NCBI GenBank assembly: GCA_963675745.2
Contig: CAXXWX010000026.1
Span: forward strand, 608,001-672,000
DNA from: Phycisphaerae bacterium
GTDB taxonomy: Bacteria; Planctomycetota; Phycisphaerae; UBA1845; Fen-1342
DNA: 64,000 nt
Reading direction: 5' to 3'
Part shown: piece by piece, positions 30,858 through 39,730 of the stretch
Numbering within the stretch: position 1 is the first letter of the stretch
Layout: the number at the start of each line of letters is the position of its first letter
The notes under the pieces: model-generated
What the model saw: only the letters and a program-made list of their open reading frames with translations
Told to the model about the DNA's origin: nothing
The model's database searches: none
Made by a program: the position numbers and the translations under genes

Positions 30858-32411
30858 ATGACCGCCGCTAAACATCAACGTACATGGCTCAGCCTTGTCT
30901 GTGACGACGCCGGAGCGACGCTGTGTGCCGTACAAGGCAACACGCGCGACGCCGTGTTGCGCGCGCGTACCTGCATTGAATGGGACCGCGAGACGCTGCA
31001 CAAGCGCGGCGTGTCGAGCGAGCTGGAGGCCTTTGTCGCTGAGCAACAACTCCGCGGCGCTGATGCCTTTGTGGCTTTCGCCGGCGCGGGGAGCATCGCG
31101 CAGAGGCTGACCATGCCTCCGCTCAGCGCCAAGAACCGCGAACGTGCCGTGCGAACGCGACTGTCGAGCTATGCGGGCGGGCGCGATCTGGTAACAGACA
31201 TCCAGGTGCTGAAGAACCGGCCACAACGTGACAACAAAAGCACGGATGTTCTGGCCTGCGGCGTAGACAGTCGCCTGGCGCGTGGCCTGCTTCGTGCCGG
31301 CCGCAAGGCGGGCTTGCGCATGCGCCGCATGACCGCACTTGCGTCCGCGATTGGGCCGCCCGACGGCGCGAAGGTCTCCATCCAACTCCTGCTAGGTCAA
31401 CGCACCAGCACGGTACAGCTCTTTGATGAATACGGTCTGATGGACTGCCGCGACGTGCTGCTCGGCCGGCAGGATTTCGTGGCCGCGTATCAGCGGCCAA
31501 TCCTGACCAGCGATGGGCCGCTGACGCTGGATCAGGCACAGGCGGAAGCGTTGCTCACCGAGGTGGGCATCCCGGTCGGACGTGAAGACGAGGTTCGTCC
31601 CGGCATCGCCGCCGCGCAGTTGTGGCCGACACTCAACCCACCGCTCCAGAAGCTACAGCGCGAACTCGAACAGAGCCTGTCGCAACATGAGACGCTCGCC
31701 GGTGAAGAGATCATAGTCCAGGTTTTGGCGGCGCCCGCCATCCCCGGCCTGTCCGAGTTTCTTGCCGAGCAACTGGAGCTTCGAGCGCCATCGACACCGG
31801 ACAACCAGATCGAGAGTCGCTTCCTTGAGGCACTTGGCGAATCGAACGTCGATTCGGCGGGCATCGACCTGCGACCGCCGGAGGAACGCCTTGGCGCCAA
31901 GCTGACGCGACCGGCAATGGCGGTCGGGCTGTGCGCATTGGTGGTCATATTCGGAAACGCGAGTGTCCCCCGACAGGCGCACGCCGCAGTCAGCGTGCTG
32001 AGGCCGACAGTCCAGCGTCTCGAATTGCAGCTCGAGCACGCGAATCTGCACCGCTCGTTCGCCGAGGAGAAGTGGGCCGAGTCCGCGCTCGAGATGGGGC
32101 GGCGTGCCAAGCTGCGATCAGTGTGCCCGGCTCCCACCCCCGCTGTCGGGCTGATGAAGCTCGTGCTCGAGGCGGTTCCCGAGAACGTCCAGCTTGAAGA
32201 TGTGTCGATGCGCGTGAGTGTGGAGAGGGTGATATTCGATGTGCGCGGGACCTACCAGGGCCGCGTACCTGCCAGCGTTGTCGCTGATCAGTGGGCTCGG
32301 GAGCTGTCGGCCGGCCCCGTGTGTGCGGATGCCAAGGTGACTTCGGTGAACGGCAGCGGCCGCCTGGCGCCGGCCAGTATGCAACTCACTATCCGATACA
32401 CGGGAGGCTGA
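30858..32411 (+). CDS. Divergent PilM-like protein, apparently fused to a PilN-like TM/periplasmic domain
   Basis: RLTMPPLS..., AGRKAGLR, LQRELEQSL, IPGLSEFLAEQL (PilM-like), then IDLRPPEE + TM + VPENVQLEDVS (PilN-like); first gene of an operon ending in a pilin. Confidence 0.6.
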   Translation: MTAAKHQRTWLSLVCDDAGATLCAVQGNTRDAVLRARTCIEWDRETLHKRGVSSELEAFVAEQQLRGADAFVAFAGAGSIAQRLTMPPLSAKNRERAVRTRLSSYAGGRDLVTDIQVLKNRPQRDNKSTDVLACGVDSRLARGLLRAGRKAGLRMRRMTALASAIGPPDGAKVSIQLLLGQRTSTVQLFDEYGLMDCRDVLLGRQDFVAAYQRPILTSDGPLTLDQAQAEALLTEVGIPVGREDEVRPGIAAAQLWPTLNPPLQKLQRELEQSLSQHETLAGEEIIVQVLAAPAIPGLSEFLAEQLELRAPSTPDNQIESRFLEALGESNVDSAGIDLRPPEERLGAKLTRPAMAVGLCALVVIFGNASVPRQAHAAVSVLRPTVQRLELQLEHANLHRSFAEEKWAESALEMGRRAKLRSVCPAPTPAVGLMKLVLEAVPENVQLEDVSMRVSVERVIFDVRGTYQGRVPASVVADQWARELSAGPVCADAKVTSVNGSGRLAPASMQLTIRYTGG

Positions 32412-32415
32412 CGCG

Positions 32416-33030
32416 GTGCGAAACTGGCTCACTCCGCGCTGTATCGTGGTTGCGCTGATGCTGGTGGCGGCGCCCGTCGCGGCCCTGGCGCACATCCTGA
32501 TCGCGCTGGTGCCCGGGAAGATCACCGAGCAGCGTCTGGCGAGCAACGTGGTCCAGTCCACGGCGGCGCTGGAGACAACCTGGCAGGAGACATCCGACTA
32601 TACGGCGCGCGCCGTGCAACTTGAGCAGGCGCTGGCCGACGAGAATGAGGACGCCGCCGCCGCGCGCTGGATGTCGCAGCGCGCGTCGACGATGGTCTTT
32701 GACGCCATGGCCGAGGTGTTTGACGACCCGGGTGTCTCGATCGACCAGTTGACGTTCGAGGAACCCGCCCTGTTCGGGGCGGCCGACCGCCAGAACCTGC
32801 TGGCATGTGAGCGTTGCCACATTGTGTGCATGGGCTCATACGCGTCGCTGACGGAGTGCCTCGACCGATTGAACCAGCTTACCTTCCCTCTACACATTAC
32901 CGACATGTTATGGGCGCGCAGCGGCGAATTCTTGCGCCTCGAACTGCTGATCGAGATTCCGTTTGTTCCGGATGAAGGGCTGCGAGAAGCGCTGGCCGAC
33001 CAGGCCGGACTAGAGGAAGACGATGAATAG
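32416..33030 (+). CDS. PilO/GspM-like protein
   Basis: N-terminal TM, coiled segment, GSYASLTECLDRL motif similar to PilO G-Y-x-x-L; operon position. Confidence 0.55.
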   Translation: MRNWLTPRCIVVALMLVAAPVAALAHILIALVPGKITEQRLASNVVQSTAALETTWQETSDYTARAVQLEQALADENEDAAAARWMSQRASTMVFDAMAEVFDDPGVSIDQLTFEEPALFGAADRQNLLACERCHIVCMGSYASLTECLDRLNQLTFPLHITDMLWARSGEFLRLELLIEIPFVPDEGLREALADQAGLEEDDE

Positions 33031-33511
33031 CGGGCGACGCAGAAAGCAAATCCTCGCCGGCGTGACGGCCCTGGCCGCGATCTGGTTCGTCGCGACACGG
33101 CTGGGCATCGGCAACAGCCCCGCGGAAGCCCACGCCGAACCGCGGGCAGCGACCGCGGAGCTGGACACGGCGTCCGTCATTACCGGTCCGGACGCTACCG
33201 CCACGCCGGCCGCGCAGGACCTGCGCGCGGCGTTGGACGCGGCAACATGGCCGACAGATCCGTTCCACAACTCATGCGACACGGATTCTGAGCCGAATCA
33301 AGCGGATGCAGGCGATGGTGAAGTTGTGGGTGAACCGCGCTTTGTATTCAGCGCTGTAATCAGCGGTACGCCTCCGCTGGCGTTGATAAACGAGCGTATC
33401 GTACGGCCGGGCGACAGATTGAGTGACGGTTCTGTTGTCGGGGCGATCGATGCAGAAACCGTGACGTTGCAGACCCCGGAGGGAACCAGGGTATTGCACT
33501 TGTCAAAGTGA
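33023..33511 (+). CDS. PilP/GspB/MshK-like protein
   Basis: TM, WPTDPF, SAVISG..LALINERIVRPGD..V..I..ETVTL. Confidence 0.55.
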   Translation: MNSGRRRKQILAGVTALAAIWFVATRLGIGNSPAEAHAEPRAATAELDTASVITGPDATATPAAQDLRAALDAATWPTDPFHNSCDTDSEPNQADAGDGEVVGEPRFVFSAVISGTPPLALINERIVRPGDRLSDGSVVGAIDAETVTLQTPEGTRVLHLSK

Positions 33512-33536
33512 CACCCGTAGTAGCGAGGAAGCGCAG

Positions 33537-33932
33537 ATGAATCCGAAACGCACAGCTTTTACCCTGGTCGAGTTGGTTATGGTGATCGTGATCATCGGGC
33601 TGCTCGCCGCCGTCGTGGTCCCGAAATTCGCCGACGTCAACACGGAAGCGAAGGCGGCCGCGGAAGAGGGCACCGTTGCCGCGATTCAAAGCGGCATCAG
33701 CCTGGCACACATGGCCGAGCTGATCAAGGGAAATGACACTTACCCGTCCAAGTTGGATGACGCCAAGGTTGGAGATGCCAGCGCGACAAACGCGCTCTTC
33801 ACCGACGTGATTGATGGCGGCATTACCGATGCCAACTGGTCAAAGGTCGACGCGACGACCTACAAGTACAAGCCGACGGGTAACAGCTTCAAGTACGACT
33901 CGGGCACTGGTAAGTTCACCGCGACCAAGTAG
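33537..33932 (+). CDS. Type IV pilin / pseudopilin (MshA-like)
   Basis: Class III signal MNPKRTA|FTLVELVMVIVIIGLLAAVVVPKF. Confidence 0.9.
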   Translation: MNPKRTAFTLVELVMVIVIIGLLAAVVVPKFADVNTEAKAAAEEGTVAAIQSGISLAHMAELIKGNDTYPSKLDDAKVGDASATNALFTDVIDGGITDANWSKVDATTYKYKPTGNSFKYDSGTGKFTATK

Positions 33933-34252
33933 TGGCAGCGGAGAGTACGGCGGTGGCGTGGGACCGCGTGCCCCAGCAGTGTGGGCGCGCCGGCCGACGC
34001 CGTGCCGCCGACGTGCCTGCAATCTTGCCGCGCCGTGATCGCGTACCCGGTGTCCTCGCTCCCCAGCGGGCGCGGCTGGATCAGAGACCGCGGGATTTGA
34101 AGACGGAGAGGTCGCCGACCACCGCGCCCTCGAATCTTCGGATCCCCCGGTTGTAATATCTGCCACAGGCGCCACGCAACGTGCTAAAATCCGAATAGCA
34201 GGCGCCGGTCTCCGTGAACGGTCGCACGCGCTCGGATTGCAGGTGGTCACAC

Positions 34253-34555
34253 ATGCCGCGTTACGAATACGAAATCATCCGGCCCGGCGACGAGCCTGGC
34301 GAGCGGTTCGAGGTCTGGCAGAAGATGAGTGACAAGCCGCTCACGCGCCACCCCGAGACCGGCCAGCCGGTCCGCCGCGTGATTTCCGCCCCGATCATCC
34401 CCGGTCAACACTCCGACCACGCGCTCAACCGCACGCTGCGTGACGACAAGAAGCTCGGCGAAATGGGCTTTACCAAGTACGTCAAGACCGGCGACGGCAC
34501 CTACGAAAAACGCGCCGGCGAAGGCCCGCCAAACATCTCACGCCAGAAACCCTAG
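34253..34555 (+). CDS. FmdB-family putative regulatory protein, cysteine-less variant
   Basis: MPRYEYE...FEVWQKMSDKPLTRHPETGQPVRRVISAP. Confidence 0.75.
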   Translation: MPRYEYEIIRPGDEPGERFEVWQKMSDKPLTRHPETGQPVRRVISAPIIPGQHSDHALNRTLRDDKKLGEMGFTKYVKTGDGTYEKRAGEGPPNISRQKP

Positions 34556-34815
34556 AGCAAGTCACGATGGCCGGTAGCGTTCGACCCCGAGTCGGACGTC
34601 TTAGCGAGAGGGCTGTTCCCGCCGGCTGCGCGCTGGAAGCCGTTGAGTCACCGCATCCCGATCTGTATAGTGGAAGGTCGCGGGGGCAGCATCGCCGGGG
34701 CGCTGGGTCGCCTCACGGCGTGTTGGGCCGTTCATGTCGCACATTCGGCCGGGGCGTGTTCGCTGGAGCCTCGGCGCTGAGCCGCACGGCTACTTGCGGC
34801 GGAAGGGGTAGGAAG

Positions 34816-37800
34816 ATGCGAGTCAATATTCAATCGCTGTGTACTGTCGTATTTGTGGGCGCAGTGTGCTTGGTTGGCGCGAACATCACTCAGGCGCAGT
34901 GTACGCCTGACGAATGGGCGACACTCGAACCGTCTGACGGTGCGAGCGGAGACAAGTTCGGTAGCTCGGCGGCGGTTGACGGTGATGTCTACGTCGTCGG
35001 CGCGCCAGAACGCGACGAGTATGGGCAATGGTCCGGGGCAGCGTACGTGTACCGGTTTGATGGTGAGACGTGGATCGAGGAAGCCAAGCTCGTGGCGCCG
35101 GATGGCGCGGCGTACGACCGGTTCGGGCACTCCGTAGCTATCTCCGGAGACACGATTCTCGTCGGGGCCAAAACCCATGACGCGCTTGGCGCCAGCTCCG
35201 GTGCGGCGTACGTGTTCCATTACGATGGCACGAGCTGGGTCGAAGACGCCAAGCTCCTGGCGTCCGACGGCGAGGCGTACGCGCATTTTGGTGCGTCGGT
35301 GGCCCTGAGCGGTGATACCGTGTTAATAGGCGCCGATTACCCGTACGTGGATGTCGATCAGCCCGGCGCAGCATACGTGTTTCGTTATGACGGCGCATGG
35401 GTGGAAGAAGCCAAGCTGATGGCTTCCGATCCGTCCCCGCTCAACCACTTTGGCTACTCTGTATCCCTCGATGGTGACGCCGCTCTGATCGGCGCGCATG
35501 GCGACGACGACATGGGCAACGGTGCCGGTGCGGCATATGTGTTTCGTTTCGATGGATCGACATGGGCCGAAGAAGCCAAGCTGCTTGCGTCCGACGGGGC
35601 AGCGTCGGACATCTTCGGGACCGCTGTTTCCGTGTCCGGCGACACCGCTCTGATTGGCGCACGTTCCGACGACGACTCGGGCACATCCTCCGGCTCGGCC
35701 TATGTGTTCCGCTTCGACGGCACGAGCTGGCTGGAAGAAGCCAAGCTGCTGGCCTATGACGGCGCCGAGGGCGATCGCTTCGGAGAGTCTGTCGCCGTCT
35801 CCGGCAACATCGCCTTGGTTGGCGCTCCGTATGACAACTCGAGTTCCGAATACGGCTCGGCGTATGTGTTCCAGTTTGACGGCGCAGCCTGGAACGCTGA
35901 AGCCAAGCTCTGGGACTACTGGTCGGACAGCAATACCGGCTACTCGGTCGCGATCGCCTCCGACTTCGCCGTCGTCGGGGCACCCTATCTCACGGGCGAC
36001 AGTCCCGGGAAGGTCTTCGTGTTCCGCGGACTGGGCGACTGCAACGGCAATGGCGTGCTCGACATGTGTGACGTCGATGATCAAACGAGCGAGGACTGTA
36101 ACGGCAACCTGGCGCCCGACGAGTGCGATGTCGTCGACGGCACCAGCGAAGACTGCACTGGCAACAGCATTCCGGATGAGTGTGAGCCCGATTGCAATCT
36201 GAACGGCGTCGCCGACAGCTGCGATATTCTGGACGGCACCAGTGAGGATTGCACGGATAACGGTATTCCGGATGAGTGCGAGCCCGACTGTAACCAGAAC
36301 GGTATCGCCGACGTCTGCGATATTGCCGACGGCACGAGCGAAGACTGCGCCGGCGAGGGTGTGCCTGATGAGTGTGAGCCCGACTGCAATGGTAACGGCG
36401 TCGCCGACAGTTGTGACATCCTGGACGGCACAAGCGAAGACTGCGCCGGCGAGGGTGTGCCCGACGAGTGCGAGCCGGACTGCAACGGCAACGGCGTCGC
36501 GGACAGTTGTGACGTACTCAATGGCACCAGCGTGGATCGCGACGAGGACGGGATTCCCGATGAGTGCGAGATCAACTGCTACGCCGACCAGTTTCGGAAG
36601 GTGTACGCCTCGGATGGCGGTGAAATGCACCGATTCGGCAGCGCGGTGGCAATTGACGGTGACGTAGCACTGATTGGTGCCAGCGGCGCCGATGGGCTGG
36701 TCGATCGCTGCGGTGCGGCTTACGTGCTTCGATGGGACGGCATGGAGTGGCTCGAAGAGGCCAAGCTGATGGCATCTGATGATGACGAGTTCGATGAGTT
36801 CGGGTACGCAGTGGCTCTCGATGGCAACGTGGCCATCATCGGTGCCCTGGACGACGACGATCTCATTGCAAATGGCGGGGCGGCATACATCTTCCGTTAC
36901 GCCGAAGGACAATGGACCGAAGAGGCCAAGCTCACCGCTTCCGATGGCAGCGCGAGTGACTATTTTGGGTATGCGGTCTCGATCTCAGGAAACGTGGCGG
37001 CCATTGGAACGGACTACGTAAACGCAGCGTACGTGTTCCGCTACGACGGAGCAACGTGGCAGGAAGAGGTACGTCTCACCGATCCAAACGGCGTGGGGCC
37101 ATACTTCGGTCGCTCGGTATGCGTGCAAGGCGACACGCTGCTGGTCGGCGATAGCTGTGATGACGAGATGGCAGTCAACGCCGGCGCCGCGCACGCTTAT
37201 CGCTTTGACGGCGTGACATGGATCCATGAGGCCAAGCTAATAGCATCCGACGGCCAGCAAGAAGATTACTTTGGCTGTTCCGTATCACTCTCGGGAGATA
37301 CGGCGCTCATAGGCGCCTTCTCCGTGGATGACCAGTGGTCGCACCAAGGCGCTGCGTACGTTTTTCGCTTCGACGGGGCAGCCTGGGTTGAGGAGGCCAA
37401 ACTCATGGCTTCCGATGGTCGATCACCAGATGAGTTCGGGTACTCCGTGGCGCTGTCAAACGACACGGCACTGATCGGTGCGCCGGTGAGCATACTCGAT
37501 GGCCAGGGACTAGCCGGCGCGGCGTATGTGTATCACTACGACGGCGCCGCGTGGACCGAGGCGGGCAAGCTGATCTCGTCCATCCCGCGCGTCGGACCGG
37601 AGGCGCTCGGCTGGTCGGTCGCACTGTCCGGCGACACGGCAGTCGCCGGCGCGTGGTTCGACTTCTCGCATGGGCAGGCGGCCGGATCCGCTTACATCTT
37701 CCGCGGTCTGGGCGATTGTAATGCCGACGGTGCGCTCGATGTGTGCGAGCCCGACTGCAACGGCAATGGGATTGCTGATGAGTGCGACATTACTGCAGGT

Positions 37801-39678
37801 GCCAGCGAGGATTGCACGGGCAATGGCATTCCCGACGAGTGTGAGCCCGACTGTAACGGCAACGGCGTCGCTGATAGCTGCGATATTGATGATCTAACCA
37901 GTGAAGACTGCACAGGCAACGGCGTCCCGGATGAGTGCGAGCCGGACTGCAACGGCAACGGCGTCGCCGATAGCTGCGATATCGACGGTTCAACCAGCGA
38001 AGACTGCACCGGCAACGGCGTCCCCGACGAGTGCGAACCCGACTGCAACGGCAACGGCGTCGCCGATAGCTGCGATATCGACGATTCAACCAGCGAAGAT
38101 TGCACTGGCAATGGCGTCCCCGACGAGTGTGAGCCCGACTGCAACGGCAACGGCGTCGCCGACAGTTGCGATATCGCGGCCGGCATGAGCGAAGACCGCA
38201 ACCGGAACGGCGTGCCCGACGAATGCGATGCGTGGTGTGTCGCCGGCGAGCACCGCAAGCTCACAGCGGTCGACGGCGAGAGCTTTGACTACTTCGGCGG
38301 TGCGGTGGCAATTGACGGCAACACCGCAGTCGTCGGGGCATACGGTGACGACGACATGGCCAGCAGCGCCGGGGCGGCGTACGTCTACTACCACGATGGC
38401 GTGCATTGGGTTCTGGGGGACAAACTGACGCCCGCCGACCTCGCCGCCAGCGACGTCTTTGGCACGGCTGTTTCGCTCGCCGGTGATGTGTTGCTGGTGG
38501 GAGCACCAGGGAGCACCAGCGCCGACGTGCCCGGCGCGGCGTACGTCTTCCGCCATGACGGCACGGCGTGGATCGAGGAAGCCCGCCTCACCGCGGCGGA
38601 TGGCGAGGTGGGTGATGAGTTTGGCTGCGCCGTTTCGCTTTCCGGCGATATCGCGCTGATCGGGGCGCGCTACGATGACGATCTTGGTGGCCAAGCCGGC
38701 GCGGCGTATGTGTTCCGCTACGATGGCTCCACCTGGGTCGAGGAGGCCAAGCTCTTGGCCCTGGATGGCGACGCGTCAGACAGTTTCGGCTCCACGGTCT
38801 CCATTTCCGGAGACGTGGCCCTCATCGGCGTGTCAAGCGACGATGACTACGGGCACCTGGCCGGCGCGGCATACGTGTTCCGCTACGACGGCGGCACGTG
38901 GAATCAGGACCCGAAGCTGTACGCAGCCGATGCAGGGCCTTGGGGTTCCTTCGGCAGCGCCGTGTGCCTGGCTGGCGACACCGCGCTGATCGGGGCGCCT
39001 GCCATTTCGTTTTGGGCACCGACCGCGGCGGCGTATGTGTTTCGTTACGACGGTGTGCAATGGGGCGAACAGGCCAAGTTCACGGCTTCCGACGGCGAAT
39101 CGGCTGATCAGAGCTACTTCGGCAGCGCCGTGTCGCTCTCCGGCGACTTCGCTCTGATCGGGGCATACGGGGACGACGACATAAGCAACTACGCCGGCGC
39201 GGCGTACATCTTCCACTTCGACGGCGCCGAGTGGGTCGAACTGGCCAAGCTGACCGCCATGGATGGTGCGGAGTCCGACAACTTCGGCGGGGCGGTCTCG
39301 CTGTCGGGTGACATGGGCTTAATCGGTGCCTGGTATGATGACGACCTGGGCAGCTCGTCAGGCTCGGCTTACATTTTCCGCGGCATCGGCGACTGCAACA
39401 TCAGCGGCGCCCTCGACGTGTGCGACATCACCGCCGGCGCGTCCGAGGACGTCAACGCCAACGGTACGCCCGATGAGTGCGAACCGCTGGGCGACCTGAA
39501 CTGCGATGGCTGGACAAATCACGGCGATATCGACGCGTTTGTCTATGCGCTGTCCTATCCCGATCAGTACCCAGCCGAGTACCCGGACTGCGACATCATG
39601 AACGGCGATATAAACGGCGACGGCTGGATGAACAACGGCGATATAGACGCTTTTATAAACCTGCTGGACCAGCCATAG
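34816..39678 (+). CDS. Large secreted FG-GAP repeat protein (three predicted propeller blocks, Cys-rich tandem repeats, dockerin-like C-terminus)
   Basis: Repeated FG.SVA.SGD..LIGA....GAAYVFR.DG..W.EEAKL units; 32-aa EPDCNGNGVADSCDI..EDC.GNGVPDEC repeats; GDLNCDGWTNHGDIDAFV. Confidence 0.9.
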   Translation: MRVNIQSLCTVVFVGAVCLVGANITQAQCTPDEWATLEPSDGASGDKFGSSAAVDGDVYVVGAPERDEYGQWSGAAYVYRFDGETWIEEAKLVAPDGAAYDRFGHSVAISGDTILVGAKTHDALGASSGAAYVFHYDGTSWVEDAKLLASDGEAYAHFGASVALSGDTVLIGADYPYVDVDQPGAAYVFRYDGAWVEEAKLMASDPSPLNHFGYSVSLDGDAALIGAHGDDDMGNGAGAAYVFRFDGSTWAEEAKLLASDGAASDIFGTAVSVSGDTALIGARSDDDSGTSSGSAYVFRFDGTSWLEEAKLLAYDGAEGDRFGESVAVSGNIALVGAPYDNSSSEYGSAYVFQFDGAAWNAEAKLWDYWSDSNTGYSVAIASDFAVVGAPYLTGDSPGKVFVFRGLGDCNGNGVLDMCDVDDQTSEDCNGNLAPDECDVVDGTSEDCTGNSIPDECEPDCNLNGVADSCDILDGTSEDCTDNGIPDECEPDCNQNGIADVCDIADGTSEDCAGEGVPDECEPDCNGNGVADSCDILDGTSEDCAGEGVPDECEPDCNGNGVADSCDVLNGTSVDRDEDGIPDECEINCYADQFRKVYASDGGEMHRFGSAVAIDGDVALIGASGADGLVDRCGAAYVLRWDGMEWLEEAKLMASDDDEFDEFGYAVALDGNVAIIGALDDDDLIANGGAAYIFRYAEGQWTEEAKLTASDGSASDYFGYAVSISGNVAAIGTDYVNAAYVFRYDGATWQEEVRLTDPNGVGPYFGRSVCVQGDTLLVGDSCDDEMAVNAGAAHAYRFDGVTWIHEAKLIASDGQQEDYFGCSVSLSGDTALIGAFSVDDQWSHQGAAYVFRFDGAAWVEEAKLMASDGRSPDEFGYSVALSNDTALIGAPVSILDGQGLAGAAYVYHYDGAAWTEAGKLISSIPRVGPEALGWSVALSGDTAVAGAWFDFSHGQAAGSAYIFRGLGDCNADGALDVCEPDCNGNGIADECDITAGASEDCTGNGIPDECEPDCNGNGVADSCDIDDLTSEDCTGNGVPDECEPDCNGNGVADSCDIDGSTSEDCTGNGVPDECEPDCNGNGVADSCDIDDSTSEDCTGNGVPDECEPDCNGNGVADSCDIAAGMSEDRNRNGVPDECDAWCVAGEHRKLTAVDGESFDYFGGAVAIDGNTAVVGAYGDDDMASSAGAAYVYYHDGVHWVLGDKLTPADLAASDVFGTAVSLAGDVLLVGAPGSTSADVPGAAYVFRHDGTAWIEEARLTAADGEVGDEFGCAVSLSGDIALIGARYDDDLGGQAGAAYVFRYDGSTWVEEAKLLALDGDASDSFGSTVSISGDVALIGVSSDDDYGHLAGAAYVFRYDGGTWNQDPKLYAADAGPWGSFGSAVCLAGDTALIGAPAISFWAPTAAAYVFRYDGVQWGEQAKFTASDGESADQSYFGSAVSLSGDFALIGAYGDDDISNYAGAAYIFHFDGAEWVELAKLTAMDGAESDNFGGAVSLSGDMGLIGAWYDDDLGSSSGSAYIFRGIGDCNISGALDVCDITAGASEDVNANGTPDECEPLGDLNCDGWTNHGDIDAFVYALSYPDQYPAEYPDCDIMNGDINGDGWMNNGDIDAFINLLDQP

Positions 39679-39730
39679 GGCGAGGCTTGCGACGCCACTC
39701 GGCCAACGGGAACGCCGGCGGCGTACGCGT

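Noticed and set aside
36100..38230. CRISPR- or DGR-like DNA repeats
   Set aside because: They are in-frame 96-bp coding repeats of the FG-GAP protein, and the variation is not adenine-specific.
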